Shown here: positions 52,837-62,606 of the stretch, piece by piece
Layout: every line of letters starts with the position of its first letter
Position numbering within the stretch: position 1 is the stretch's first letter
NCBI GenBank assembly: GCA_963845205.1
Contig: CAWJRC010000002.1
Location: 152,825-216,824 of the forward strand
Direction of reading: 5' to 3'
Origin: an uncultured archaeon
Lineage (GTDB): Archaea > Nanobdellota > Nanobdellia > Pacearchaeales > GW2011-AR1
Length of the DNA: 64,000 nt
Position numbers and translations under genes: made by a program
The notes under the pieces: generated by a model
Told to the model about the DNA's origin: nothing
Seen by the model: only the letters and a program-made list of their open reading frames with translations
Database searches by the model: none

Positions 52837-55107
52837 ATGGATATTAAGCAAGAAAAGGAAATTTCTGAATTTTGGCAGAAAGAAAGGATTTACAAGACAG
52901 ATTTGAAAAAGAAAAATATTTTTTCAATTGACACGCCTCCACCAACTGTTTCAGGAAAAATGCATATGGGGCATGCTTCTTCATATTCCCAGCAGGATTT
53001 TATTGCAAGATTTCAGAGAATGAAACAAGGAGTTTTTTACCCATTCGGAACTGATGATAATGGGCTGCCGACAGAAAAACTTGTTGAGAAAATAAATAAT
53101 GTTAAAAGTAGAGATATGACAAGAAAAGAGTTTATTGATTTATGTTTAAAGACCTTGGAAAAGGTAACACCTGATTTTATTCAAGATTGGAAGAATTTGG
53201 GAATTTCTGCGGATTTTAGCATGGCCTATTCAACGTTAGATAAAAAAGTACAGAAAATTTCACAGGAATTTTTTATTGATTTATACAAAAGAGGGGAAGC
53301 TTACAAAAAAGAATTTCCAACCATCTGGTGTCCTGAATGTCAAACTTCAATTGCGCAGGCAGAACTTGAGGACAAAGAGCAGGCAACTTTATTTTCAACA
53401 CTAAAATTTTCATGCAATAATAAAGAACTTTTAATTTCTACTACAAGACCTGAACTTTTGGGCGCGTGCGTTGCTGTTTTTATAAATCCAAAAGACAAAA
53501 GATACAGATGGGCTGTAGGGAAAAAAGTGAAAGTTCCATTATTTGGCTTTGAAGTTCCTGTTATTGAAGATGAATCTGCTGAAATAGAAAAAGGGACCGG
53601 GGCGTTAATGATTTGTTCCTATGGGGATAAGTTTGATGTTGATGCGATAAACAGAAAAAAACTTGTTCCTAAAGTTATCTTGAATAAAGACGGGACTTTG
53701 AAAATTAAAGGATATGAGGGACTGAAGGTAAAAGTAGCTAGGAAAAAAATTCTTGAAGATCTGAAAAAAGAAAATCTGATTAAGGAACAGAAACCGATAA
53801 CAAATGTGGTTAATGTCCATGACAAGTGCGGGACCGAAATTGAATTTTTACTTACGGAACAATGGTTTATCAAAATCCTTGACAAGAAAAAAGCCCTTGT
53901 AAGACAAGGAGAAAAAATAAAATGGTCCCCCGAATTTATGTTTAAACGTTACAAAAATTGGGTTGAAGGACTGGACTGGGACTGGAATATTTCAAGAGAC
54001 AGATATTTTGGGATTCCAATCCCTGTTTGGTACTGTAGAAAATGTAATGAAATAATTCTTCCTGAAAAAAGCGAACTTCCTGTTGACCCTCTTCATGAAA
54101 AAAAGAAATGTCCAAAATGCAATCAGGTTGCAGAAGGAGAACAGAAAGTTCTCGATACTTGGGCAACTTCTTCGCTGACTCCACAGATTGCAAGCTCCCT
54201 TGTGGGGAATAAGATTAAAGTCCCCTATTCATTAAGGCCACAGGCTCATGATATAATCAGGACATGGGCATTTTATACAATAACGCGCTCTTACTTGCAT
54301 GAGAATAGTATTCCCTGGAAAGATATTATGGTTTCGGGAATTGTTACATTAAAAGGAGAGAAAATGTCAAAGAGTAAGGGAAATGTAATCTCTCCTCAAG
54401 AGATTATTGAAAGATATAGCGCTGACACTCTTAGATTCTGGGCTGCTGGTTCAAGACTTGGAGAAGATTTGGATTATCAGGAAAAAGATTTAGTTACCGG
54501 GAAAAAATTCGTTACAAAACTTGAAAATGCATCAAAATTCGTTTTTATGAATCTACATTCTTATACTCCAAAAAAAATAGAACTGGAAGAAACAGACAGA
54601 TTATTCCTTTCACAATTAAACGATTTGATTAGATCATGCACAGAAGATTTTGAGAGTTATGAGTATAATAAAGCTAAATCAGAAATTGAGAATTTTTTTT
54701 GGCATTATCTTTGTGATAATTATCTTGAAATTGTCAAGAACAGAGTTTACAATGGGAATAAAAAAGAAAAGGATTCTGCATTTTATACTCTTTATGAAAG
54801 TTTATTTTCAATTATTAGACTAATCGCACCAATAATGCCCTTTGTAACAGAAAAAATTTATCAAGATTATTTTAGAAAGAATGAAAAAATTAAAAGCGTT
54901 CATATCTCAGGATGGCCTAAAGAATTGCAGATAAAAAAAGAAAAGGATGATAAGAAAGATTTTGATGAAATTTTAAATTTCAATGGTAAAATATGGAAAG
55001 AGAAAAAAGAGAAAGGGAAGAGTTTAAGAGACGAGATTTCTATCAAGATTCCAAAGGAGCTTGAAAGATATAAAAAAGATTTAATCGCAATGCATAATAT
55101 AAAATGA
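52837..55107 (+). CDS. valS: Valyl-tRNA synthetase (compact)
   Basis: TPPPTVSGKMHMGHASSYSQQDFIARFQRM, KMSKSKGN and a CP1 editing region. The track start is TTG 52834. Confidence 0.93.
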   Translation: MDIKQEKEISEFWQKERIYKTDLKKKNIFSIDTPPPTVSGKMHMGHASSYSQQDFIARFQRMKQGVFYPFGTDDNGLPTEKLVEKINNVKSRDMTRKEFIDLCLKTLEKVTPDFIQDWKNLGISADFSMAYSTLDKKVQKISQEFFIDLYKRGEAYKKEFPTIWCPECQTSIAQAELEDKEQATLFSTLKFSCNNKELLISTTRPELLGACVAVFINPKDKRYRWAVGKKVKVPLFGFEVPVIEDESAEIEKGTGALMICSYGDKFDVDAINRKKLVPKVILNKDGTLKIKGYEGLKVKVARKKILEDLKKENLIKEQKPITNVVNVHDKCGTEIEFLLTEQWFIKILDKKKALVRQGEKIKWSPEFMFKRYKNWVEGLDWDWNISRDRYFGIPIPVWYCRKCNEIILPEKSELPVDPLHEKKKCPKCNQVAEGEQKVLDTWATSSLTPQIASSLVGNKIKVPYSLRPQAHDIIRTWAFYTITRSYLHENSIPWKDIMVSGIVTLKGEKMSKSKGNVISPQEIIERYSADTLRFWAAGSRLGEDLDYQEKDLVTGKKFVTKLENASKFVFMNLHSYTPKKIELEETDRLFLSQLNDLIRSCTEDFESYEYNKAKSEIENFFWHYLCDNYLEIVKNRVYNGNKKEKDSAFYTLYESLFSIIRLIAPIMPFVTEKIYQDYFRKNEKIKSVHISGWPKELQIKKEKDDKKDFDEILNFNGKIWKEKKEKGKSLRDEISIKIPKELERYKKDLIAMHNIK

Positions 55108-56192
55108 TAATGTCAATTGATGAACTTAGAGAAAAAGTTGTAGAACTTGAAAGTCATAAAGGGAGGCATACCGAATTAATCAGCGTTTACATCCCTGCTG
55201 ATTACGACGTAAATTCTGTTCAGAGGCAGCTGGAGGCAGAAAAATCAACTGCAAAAAATATTAAGTCAACGACTACCCGAAATGATGTTCTTGATGCCCT
55301 TGACAAGATAATAAGGCATCTTAAAACACTTAAGAAAACCCCCGAAAATGGTCTTGCTTTATTTTCAGGAAATATCTCAAAGGTTGAAGGTCAGACTGAT
55401 TTGCAAATGTGGATTATTGAACCGCCACAGTCATTGAAGACTAGGCTTTACAGATGCGACAAGGAATTTGTTTTAGAACCCCTGAAAACTATGCTTGAAG
55501 TTTCAGAAATTTTTGGATTATTAGTAATGGATAGAAAAGAAGCTACAATCGGAATGCTAGAAGGAAAGAGAATTGAAGTACTTCAAAAAATGACATCAGG
55601 AGTTCCGAGCAAGATTAGAGCGGGGGGACAGTCTTCACAGAGATTCCATAGAATTACAGAAGGATTAACAAAAGAATTTTACAAAAGAATTGCAGATGAG
55701 ATGAAAAAAATATTTTATGAAATGCCTAAGTTGAAAGGGATTTTAGTTGGAGGGCCGATTCCGACAAAGGATGAATTTATTGATGGAGAATATATGCCTA
55801 CAAAACTAAGGGAAAAATTAATAGGTCGAATTGATATTGGAGACAGCGATGAATCAGGATTGAAGGAACTGGTTGAAAAATCAAGAGATATCTTAGTTGG
55901 TCAGGAAATTGTTAAAGAGAAAAAGATTTTGGAGAAATTTTTTGAAACTCTTGGAGAAAAACCCGAGCTGGCCTTTTACAAGGAAGCAGATGTAAGAAAA
56001 GCACTTGAATATGGGGCAGTTGAACTTTTAATTGTTTCAAAAGCATTTGACAAGAACAAAGCTAAAGAACTTACCGAAATGGCTGAAAACATTAACTCAA
56101 AAGTCGAGATGGTTTCTACTGAAACGACAGAAGGGGAGCAGTTCAATAATCTTTCTGGAATAGGCGCTTTGTTAAGATTTAAAGTTAGGTAA
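55104..56192 (+). CDS. prf1: Peptide chain release factor aRF1
   Basis: NIKS motif (TAKNIKSTTTR) and GGQ motif (RAGGQSSQRF). Its ATG overlaps the valS stop (ATGA). Confidence 0.92.
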   Translation: MIMSIDELREKVVELESHKGRHTELISVYIPADYDVNSVQRQLEAEKSTAKNIKSTTTRNDVLDALDKIIRHLKTLKKTPENGLALFSGNISKVEGQTDLQMWIIEPPQSLKTRLYRCDKEFVLEPLKTMLEVSEIFGLLVMDRKEATIGMLEGKRIEVLQKMTSGVPSKIRAGGQSSQRFHRITEGLTKEFYKRIADEMKKIFYEMPKLKGILVGGPIPTKDEFIDGEYMPTKLREKLIGRIDIGDSDESGLKELVEKSRDILVGQEIVKEKKILEKFFETLGEKPELAFYKEADVRKALEYGAVELLIVSKAFDKNKAKELTEMAENINSKVEMVSTETTEGEQFNNLSGIGALLRFKVR

Positions 56193-56254
56193 GTTGCGCC
56201 TTTATTAGAATAGTTCTTCAAAAACTCTTTAAACATTAATTCTCTATTTTTATC

Positions 56255-56806
56255 ATGGCAGATTCTACGAGCAAAACTTTAGATGAAATTGACGAAGCAC
56301 GAGAAAAAGAGGATTTGAAAAAGCTTGAAGCTGTTTTTTTTGTAAGCGGAAGATTTCTTAATATGAAAGAACTGATTTCCTTTACTGATTTAAATCCCAT
56401 AATTTTACAGGAACTGATTGAGAAGTTGCAAGAAAAATATGAAAAGCAGGATTCTGCAGTTGAAATTGTTGAAAAAAATGGGATGTGGAAAATGGATGTC
56501 AGACAAGAATTTTATAATATCATAAACAAGCTTGCAGGAGGGAAATCTGAATTTTCTAAAGCAGAACAAGAAACTTTAGGTATAATTGCATATAAACAGC
56601 CGATAAAGCAATCGGTTATAATCAAAATACGGGGGAATAAGGCTTATGATCATATTAAACTGTTCTTTGATATGGGACTTATTAAAAAGAAAAAAATAGG
56701 ACACACACATGAGCTGTCCCTTTCAGAGGATTTCTATGATTACTTCAGTTTTCAGGGAGATAATTTACAACAAGAATCTTTAAAAATTAATGATTCTGCA
56801 AAGTGA
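56255..56806 (+). CDS. scpB: Segregation and condensation protein B
   Basis: LEAVFFVSGRFL.., plus SKAEQETLGIIAYKQPIKQSVIIKIRG typical of ScpB tandem wH domains. Confidence 0.75.
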   Translation: MADSTSKTLDEIDEAREKEDLKKLEAVFFVSGRFLNMKELISFTDLNPIILQELIEKLQEKYEKQDSAVEIVEKNGMWKMDVRQEFYNIINKLAGGKSEFSKAEQETLGIIAYKQPIKQSVIIKIRGNKAYDHIKLFFDMGLIKKKKIGHTHELSLSEDFYDYFSFQGDNLQQESLKINDSAK

Positions 56807-58031
56807 AATGGATCTTCTTTCTGTGATTTACCTAGGGTATATGTTTTTTTCAATTTATTTTCTGTTCGTTTTTTTATTTTTATATTACAATAATAAGAAA
56901 ACCCTATTTGATTACCCTACTGCAAAGAGAAAATACACAATATCGGTTTTAGTCCCAGCTTTCAATGAAGAAAAAACGATAAAAGAAACAATAGAATCTA
57001 TATTTAACATTGATTACCCAATTAAAGAAGTAATAATTATTAATGATGGTTCAAGCGACAGGACAAAAGAAATTGCGGAAGAGCTTTTAAAAAAATATCC
57101 TAAACTAAAATTGATAAATAAGGCTAATTCAGGTAAAGGAGACTCTCTTAATCAAGGGATTAAAATTGCGAAAGGAGAGTTGGTTGTTGTAGTTGATGCT
57201 GACAGTTATCCGGATAAAGATTCTTTCAAAAAGCTTGTCGGGTATTTTGATGATGAGAAAACAGGGGCAGTTACATGTGTTTTTACTCCGAGAAATGACC
57301 ATAAATTTATTGAAAAAATGCAAGTAATTGAGTATAACATTATCGCATTTACAAGAAGACTCTTTGGATACGTAGATGGGGTTTATGTAACCCCCGGTCC
57401 TCTTGCAATGTACAGAAAAACAGCCCTTGAAGATATCAGTGGATTTGACACAAAGAATATGACTGAAGATATAGAAATTGCATGGCATTTGGTTAAAGCT
57501 GGATACAGCAGAAAAATGTGTCTTGCAACGCATGCGACTACAACTGCTCCAGACAAGTTTAAGGCTTGGTACAGACAGAGAAGGAGATGGAATATAGGGG
57601 GAATTCAATGCATTTCAAAATATAAAAAACAGTTCATGAAAAAGGGGATGCTTGGCATGTTCATTCTTCCTTTATTTATCTTACAATTTTTTCTTGGAAC
57701 TGTAGGGCTTGGAATTTTTTTATACCTTTTTAGCAGAGAAATGATTTCAAATTTTTTATTTGCAACATATTCAATTCCGGCCGGTGTTCCTCTTATTACA
57801 ATGAATAATTTTTATATAACACCCAGTTTTCTAAACTATCTTGGGGTTATCTTATTTGGAGCAGGATTATTTTTTACTTTCCTTGTTCTTTCGATAATGA
57901 AGGGAACAATCATAAAGAAACAGAGCTTATTTGATATACTCTTGTTCTCAATATTCTATCTTTCAGTCTACCCCTTCCTGACTATAACCGCAGTATATAA
58001 TTATTTTAAAAGGGATAATCGCTGGAGATAA
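56790..58031 (+). CDS. Processive family-2 glycosyltransferase, membrane-integrated (PgaC/IcaA/NodC-like)
   Basis: VLVPAFNEE, NDGSSDRT, DADS, TEDIE and QRRRW motifs, with N- and C-terminal TM segments. An alternative ATG 56808 lies just after the scpB stop. Confidence 0.85.
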   Translation: MILQSEMDLLSVIYLGYMFFSIYFLFVFLFLYYNNKKTLFDYPTAKRKYTISVLVPAFNEEKTIKETIESIFNIDYPIKEVIIINDGSSDRTKEIAEELLKKYPKLKLINKANSGKGDSLNQGIKIAKGELVVVVDADSYPDKDSFKKLVGYFDDEKTGAVTCVFTPRNDHKFIEKMQVIEYNIIAFTRRLFGYVDGVYVTPGPLAMYRKTALEDISGFDTKNMTEDIEIAWHLVKAGYSRKMCLATHATTTAPDKFKAWYRQRRRWNIGGIQCISKYKKQFMKKGMLGMFILPLFILQFFLGTVGLGIFLYLFSREMISNFLFATYSIPAGVPLITMNNFYITPSFLNYLGVILFGAGLFFTFLVLSIMKGTIIKKQSLFDILLFSIFYLSVYPFLTITAVYNYFKRDNRWR

Positions 58032-58032
58032 C

Positions 58033-58689
58033 ATGATCCATAATCAAAAACGTATTTTTTTGTATGCATTAATTTTGACTTTGATAGTGTTTAATGTAGG
58101 AATTTTTATGGGTTATATGCTTGAGGCATCAAGAATAGATCAGATCAATAATCTTTCCCTTGATGCAGAACTTGAGCTTATTGATCAGATGAATCAAAGA
58201 GATTCGATGTCAATTTTGAATCTAAGCTGTAGCGAGCTTACTAATGAAAATATACAATTCGGAGATCAAATTTATAGCGAAGCATTACTGCTCCAGAGAT
58301 ATGAAGATGCGAACAGGATAGATGATAATATAGTATTTCAACATAAAAGATTCGACTTGCTTAGAACATTATTCTGGATAAACAGTATGTCAATAAAACA
58401 GAAATGTAATTCTAATTATCATGATGTTATTTATTTTTACCAGTACAATAATCCTTCAATTGAACAGCAATCAAAACAGAAATTCTTTTCAAATTTGCTT
58501 ACAGAAGTAAAAAACCAACTTGGAAACAAAGTCATGCTTATTCCTATTTCTGGAGATAATAATATCTCATCGGTAACGCTTCTTATGGATAATTATAATA
58601 TTACTGAACTTCCTACAATATTAATTGATGAAAAAGTAAAAATTACTAACGTAACAAGCGTTAATGATGTAGAGAAATATCTTCAGTAA
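58033..58689 (+). CDS. Single-pass membrane protein with an extracytoplasmic domain, coupled to the GT2
   Basis: ATG 1 nt after the GT2 stop. One N-terminal TM segment (IFLYALILTLIVFNVGIFMGYML). Confidence 0.5.
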   Translation: MIHNQKRIFLYALILTLIVFNVGIFMGYMLEASRIDQINNLSLDAELELIDQMNQRDSMSILNLSCSELTNENIQFGDQIYSEALLLQRYEDANRIDDNIVFQHKRFDLLRTLFWINSMSIKQKCNSNYHDVIYFYQYNNPSIEQQSKQKFFSNLLTEVKNQLGNKVMLIPISGDNNISSVTLLMDNYNITELPTILIDEKVKITNVTSVNDVEKYLQ

Positions 58690-58740
58690 TATCTTTTTCA
58701 CAACATAAATATTAAAAAAGAGACCTGACTAAATTTTTCA

Positions 58741-59445
58741 ATGAGTGAATGTTTTAGGTGTGGGGTTTCAGGAGAGAATGTTAGGTTATATGATGCTATA
58801 TCTAACAAGGGGATAGTAAAAATTTGTGAGGATTGTTCTGTTATTGAGAGAATTCCTGTTATAAGGAAGCCGACTGAAGAACAGTTAAACAGTGTTCATA
58901 AGTCTGTTTCTGTACGAGACAGGCTTACAAATATGAACAGAGGAAAATTGATGGCGGGGAAAGAAGTAAGCCTTAGACAATTAGTTGATAGAAATTTTAA
59001 AGTAAAGGGAATTTCCCATCCTGATTTAATAGAAAATTTCCATTGGACAATTCAGAGAATAAAAAGAGCGAGAAAAATTACAAGAGAACAATTTGCAAAA
59101 GCTATAGGAGAAAGTGAAGCGACAGTAAGAATGGTTGAACAGGGATTTTTGCCTGAGAATGATTATAGAATAATAAGCAAAATTGAGAGCTATCTTGGAG
59201 TCAGTCTGAGAAAAGCTGGAAGTTCAGGTTTTCCGGAAACTAACCAAGAATCGATAAAAGAACTTCCTAAAAGATTCACTCCTGAAGAAACAAGGCAGAT
59301 TAAAATTTCAGATTTGAAAGAAATGAAAAAAAGACAGGATGAAGGAAAATCAAAATCTGAAGAGGTAAGCTGGGATGAAGAAGGTAGCGAAGATGATGAG
59401 AAATATTTAGATGAACACGAAGAGATTTCTGAAGAGGAAGATTAA
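58741..59445 (+). CDS. MBF1-like transcription factor (Zn ribbon plus HTH_XRE) with an acidic tail
   Basis: CFRCG...CEDC ribbon. HTH is IKRARKITREQFAKAIGESEATVRMVEQGFLPEND. C-terminal DEEGSEDDEKYLDEHEEISEEED. Confidence 0.6.
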   Translation: MSECFRCGVSGENVRLYDAISNKGIVKICEDCSVIERIPVIRKPTEEQLNSVHKSVSVRDRLTNMNRGKLMAGKEVSLRQLVDRNFKVKGISHPDLIENFHWTIQRIKRARKITREQFAKAIGESEATVRMVEQGFLPENDYRIISKIESYLGVSLRKAGSSGFPETNQESIKELPKRFTPEETRQIKISDLKEMKKRQDEGKSKSEEVSWDEEGSEDDEKYLDEHEEISEEED

Positions 59446-59446
59446 A

Positions 59447-59602
59447 ATGGGTTCAAGTTTACAAAATAAAGTTAAAGAATCAAAAATTTCATCATGGCTG
59501 CTTATTAATTGGGCAATTGAGCTTTCCCGTAACAAAACCCTTACATATCAAGAAATTTATAGATATTTCCATTCTAAGAATATAAATGATTATGGAGAAT
59601 AA
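59447..59602 (+). CDS. Hypothetical small protein
   Basis: ATG 1 nt after the upstream stop. The track ORF starts at 59411, inside the upstream gene. Confidence 0.3.
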   Translation: MGSSLQNKVKESKISSWLLINWAIELSRNKTLTYQEIYRYFHSKNINDYGE

Positions 59603-59783
59603 AATGCATGAGTTAAAATATTCAAATACAGGATATAAACCAAAAAAAGCTTCAAAATCTGAACTTGAACGTTTATCTGAAGCTAGAGAGATTATGAGAA
59701 CATGTATGGAGCAGGACTATAAACTGGACCAATCAAGGAAAAGTGATCTGCCTAAAGATTGGCGGAATCGTATCATTTACTAA
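59586..59783 (+). CDS. Hypothetical small protein
   Basis: ORF track. An alternative ATG 59604 follows the upstream stop. Confidence 0.3.
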   Translation: MIMENKMHELKYSNTGYKPKKASKSELERLSEAREIMRTCMEQDYKLDQSRKSDLPKDWRNRIIY

Positions 59784-59843
59784 AGAAATTTATAGATTTT
59801 TCCTTCCAAAAATTTTTATAATCATAAATATTAAAAGAATAAT

Positions 59844-60230
59844 ATGGAAAATGAAGAATTGAAACATTATGTAGAATTTTTTTTTGAAAAGAATTTGGCT
59901 AATTTTTGCTATGAAAATTCTGTCAAAAAAATAGAAAGCAGAGATTCAGAGATTATACTCCCGGAAAATGCATTTGCTTACAGGATTTTTGATAGGCAAG
60001 AAGCAAAGGCAAAAAATGGAGAAGTTCTGAAAGGACAGCCTATAAATTATTCTGGAAAATTTTATATTGGGCGGTTAATTAGTTTAGAAGAAATTAAAAA
60101 AGAATTTCCTTATGAAAAATCATTAGTTGATGTTGTTAAAAGAAATGTTGGAGAAAGAAAAGGAGATAAGGTCATAAAGACGAAATATACCTTCCAAGTC
60201 TTTGAAAAAGGAGACAAAATTTTGGACTGA
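59844..60230 (+). CDS. Hypothetical protein
   Basis: ORF track only. Confidence 0.4.
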   Translation: MENEELKHYVEFFFEKNLANFCYENSVKKIESRDSEIILPENAFAYRIFDRQEAKAKNGEVLKGQPINYSGKFYIGRLISLEEIKKEFPYEKSLVDVVKRNVGERKGDKVIKTKYTFQVFEKGDKILD

Positions 60231-60234
60231 AACA

Positions 60235-60242
60235 TTTATAAA
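60235..60242 (+). promoter_or_regulatory. TATA box (TTTATAAA) for rpoL
   Basis: 29 nt upstream of ATG 60264. Confidence 0.5.
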
Positions 60243-60263
60243 TCTATTTTAAGATTTCTTATT

Positions 60264-60527
60264 ATGGAAATTAAAGTTCTCAAAAATGAAAAAGAAGAAA
60301 TTGAGCTTGAACTCGAAAGCCTTACTATTGCAGAAATCTTAAGAGTTTACCTTAACAAGGATTCTTCTGTAACTTTTGCTGCATGGAAAAGAGAACATCC
60401 AACAAAGAAACCCCTTCTTTTAGTAAAGACAAAGGGAAAGACTGCAAAGAAGGCAATTTACGAAGCTGTTTCTGCAATTACAAAAGATTTGGACAAAATA
60501 GACTCTGAGTTCAAGAAAATGAAATAA
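60264..60527 (+). CDS. rpoL: DNA-directed RNA polymerase subunit L (Rpo11)
   Basis: EIELELESLTIAEILRVYLNKDSSVTFAAWKREHPTKKPLLLVKTKG matches the RpoL/Rpb11 pattern and size. Confidence 0.8.
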   Translation: MEIKVLKNEKEEIELELESLTIAEILRVYLNKDSSVTFAAWKREHPTKKPLLLVKTKGKTAKKAIYEAVSAITKDLDKIDSEFKKMK

Positions 60528-60533
60528 AGCAGA

Positions 60534-60541
60534 TTTATAAA
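60534..60541 (+). promoter_or_regulatory. TATA box (TTTATAAA)
   Basis: 29 nt upstream of ATG 60563. Confidence 0.5.
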
Positions 60542-60562
60542 TTTCAAAAATATACTGTTCCT

Positions 60563-60841
60563 ATGTCAAAAAAAGGGGAAAGAAAAGAAGCTTGGTTTAG
60601 GATTGTTGTTCTTATTGTAAGTGGAATAATATTGTATTTCTGGGGCGGATTAGCTTATCTCCTTGCTATCATAAACTGGTTTATTGTTATATTTACTGGA
60701 AAAAAGAATAAAGATCTTTCAGGGTTCCTTGAATATTGGAATACAGAAAATTATAAGTTTATGAGATATTTAACCTTTGTTTCAAATAAAAGACCTTTTC
60801 CATTTTCTAGAATAGAAAGAATGAGCAAGGTTGAGAAATAA
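60563..60841 (+). CDS. DUF4389-like membrane protein
   Basis: WFRIVVLIVSGIILYFWGGLAYLLAIINWFIVIFTGKK...RPFPF pattern. Confidence 0.55.
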   Translation: MSKKGERKEAWFRIVVLIVSGIILYFWGGLAYLLAIINWFIVIFTGKKNKDLSGFLEYWNTENYKFMRYLTFVSNKRPFPFSRIERMSKVEK

Positions 60842-60887
60842 AATAAACAATAATAATCCTTATTAATTCTGAAAATATTTTCATCTA

Positions 60888-61616
60888 ATGGCAGATAATA
60901 GAATTTCTACAGGAAGTTATGACTTAAACAAATGGCTTTATGGGGGGTATGAAAAAGGGATCATAACTATGATTGCAGGATCACCTGGTTCTGGGAAGAC
61001 TAACATGGCTCTTTTAGCTACATGTAGCCAGGCAAAAAAAGGAAATAAAGTAATTTTTATTGATACTGAAGGGGGATTTTCTTCTGAAAGAGTGAAACAA
61101 ATTGTTGGTGAAAATTTTGAAGAAATCTTGAAAAATATTTTATTATTAAATCCTTCAAACTTTGAAGAACAGAAGAAAGTTTTTACAACTTTAAGTAACC
61201 AACTGAAAAAAGAACAAATAAGCCTTATTGTTGTAGATGGTATGGCCATGCTTTATAGGCTTGAACTTGGCGATGCGAGAAAGGAAGGAGATGAAACTAT
61301 ACGAAATGTTAATCGTGAAGTTGCCAAACAGATGAAAATTCTTGCAGAAATATCAAAGGAACAAAATATTCCTATAATTATAACAAACCAAGTTTATCAG
61401 GGATTTCAATCAGAGGAAGACTGGAAAAAAGGAATCGAGAGAGAGGTGAATATTGTGGGGGGAGATTTATTCCAATACTGGAGTAAATGTATAATTCAGC
61501 TGAGAAATGAAAGAGGAAAAAGAAAAGCAATTCTTTTAAAACACAGAAGTTTGCCTGAAAAAGAATTAGGTTTTGAAATTAGAAATGAAGGGATATTTAG
61601 AAAAGGTTGGATTTAA
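60888..61616 (+). CDS. radB: RadB-type recombinase paralogue (RecA/RadA family ATPase)
   Basis: ISTGSYDLNKWLYGG, Walker A GSPGSGKTN, IFIDTEGGFS, Walker B LIVVDG. No N-terminal HhH domain. Confidence 0.8.
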   Translation: MADNRISTGSYDLNKWLYGGYEKGIITMIAGSPGSGKTNMALLATCSQAKKGNKVIFIDTEGGFSSERVKQIVGENFEEILKNILLLNPSNFEEQKKVFTTLSNQLKKEQISLIVVDGMAMLYRLELGDARKEGDETIRNVNREVAKQMKILAEISKEQNIPIIITNQVYQGFQSEEDWKKGIEREVNIVGGDLFQYWSKCIIQLRNERGKRKAILLKHRSLPEKELGFEIRNEGIFRKGWI

Positions 61617-62056
61617 AGAGATATACACCCAATAAATATATCTTTACTTTTTATATAAGCCTCTTTTCTGTCTCTTAGAATTTTATTAATTGCTTCCTTT
61701 GAATCTTCAACTTCATGATACGCTATCTGCTTTTGTTCTTCCTTACTGAGATGAAATTTTTGGAAATTATTATGATTTTCTTTTGCTAGTTCTTTTTCTA
61801 ATCCCTTATATCTTACTTTGTCCCCCGCTTTATTATTAACTAGTTTTTCTTCTTCCTTAAAAAAATTACGTACTTCCTTATTTATTTCCTTACCCTTTTC
61901 TGTTAATTCAAATTGTAACACTTCTATATAACCATATTCTCTTAAACTAAATCTAGCTATCTCATCAGTTAATTTATCTTTCTTTGGATGATCTTTACGA
62001 TATTCTTCAAAAGAATTGTACTTAACGTTTTTTATTAATTTCATAAGATAATTCAA
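61613..62056 (-). CDS. Hypothetical charged helical protein
   Basis: ORF track. Alternative ATG at 62044. Confidence 0.4.
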   Translation of the reverse strand: MNYLMKLIKNVKYNSFEEYRKDHPKKDKLTDEIARFSLREYGYIEVLQFELTEKGKEINKEVRNFFKEEEKLVNNKAGDKVRYKGLEKELAKENHNNFQKFHLSKEEQKQIAYHEVEDSKEAINKILRDRKEAYIKSKDIFIGCISL

Positions 62057-62130
62057 TGAATTATCTTTTTTAAATATTATATGCCTTTTAGAACAGATTT
62101 ATTTTTAAAGAGATAAAATAGATGTTTTTT

Positions 62131-62532
62131 ATGGGATGGGAAGGAAAAGTAGAACGTTCACCTTTGGAAGGAAATTTTACAGATTGCACTGAAAAAATGA
62201 ATTCGTTATATTTAGAAGTGTTAGAACGTGGAAAAGATTTGTATATTTATGGGTGTAATCCAACTTATGTCGTTGCATTAAATAAAAAAGACAGAAAAGA
62301 AGATGAAAGAGGATTGATACTTGATTTTGAAGATGTTGAAGAATTGCATAAAATGTTTCCGATTTGTTCTCATGCAAGATATGTAGACGCTTCTATCACA
62401 ATAAAAGATAAGAGATTAAGGCCATATACGGGGAAGGAGCATTATCATGCCGCAGAAAAACCAATTGATGTCTCTGATTTAGAAACAATTTTAGAGAAAG
62501 GGGTTATTTTAGTATATAGCGATTTAGTATAA
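62131..62532 (+). CDS. Hypothetical protein
   Basis: ORF track (62122). ATG 62131 is 28 nt from tttttaaa. Confidence 0.4.
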   Translation: MGWEGKVERSPLEGNFTDCTEKMNSLYLEVLERGKDLYIYGCNPTYVVALNKKDRKEDERGLILDFEDVEELHKMFPICSHARYVDASITIKDKRLRPYTGKEHYHAAEKPIDVSDLETILEKGVILVYSDLV

Positions 62533-62606
62533 AACCAACTGAATTTTTCTAATTTTTTATTAGTGACGACAAATTAATTTAAATAAAAAGTTCTTAAAAT
62601 TGTATA

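Noticed and set aside
55104-56192. aRF1 at 362 aa, shorter than I expect for archaeal aRF1. Considered as a truncated gene or pseudogene.
   Set aside because: The NIKS and GGQ motifs and a C-terminal domain are all present in one uninterrupted frame. The compactness matches other shortened proteins in the window (ValRS, AlaRS, GatE).
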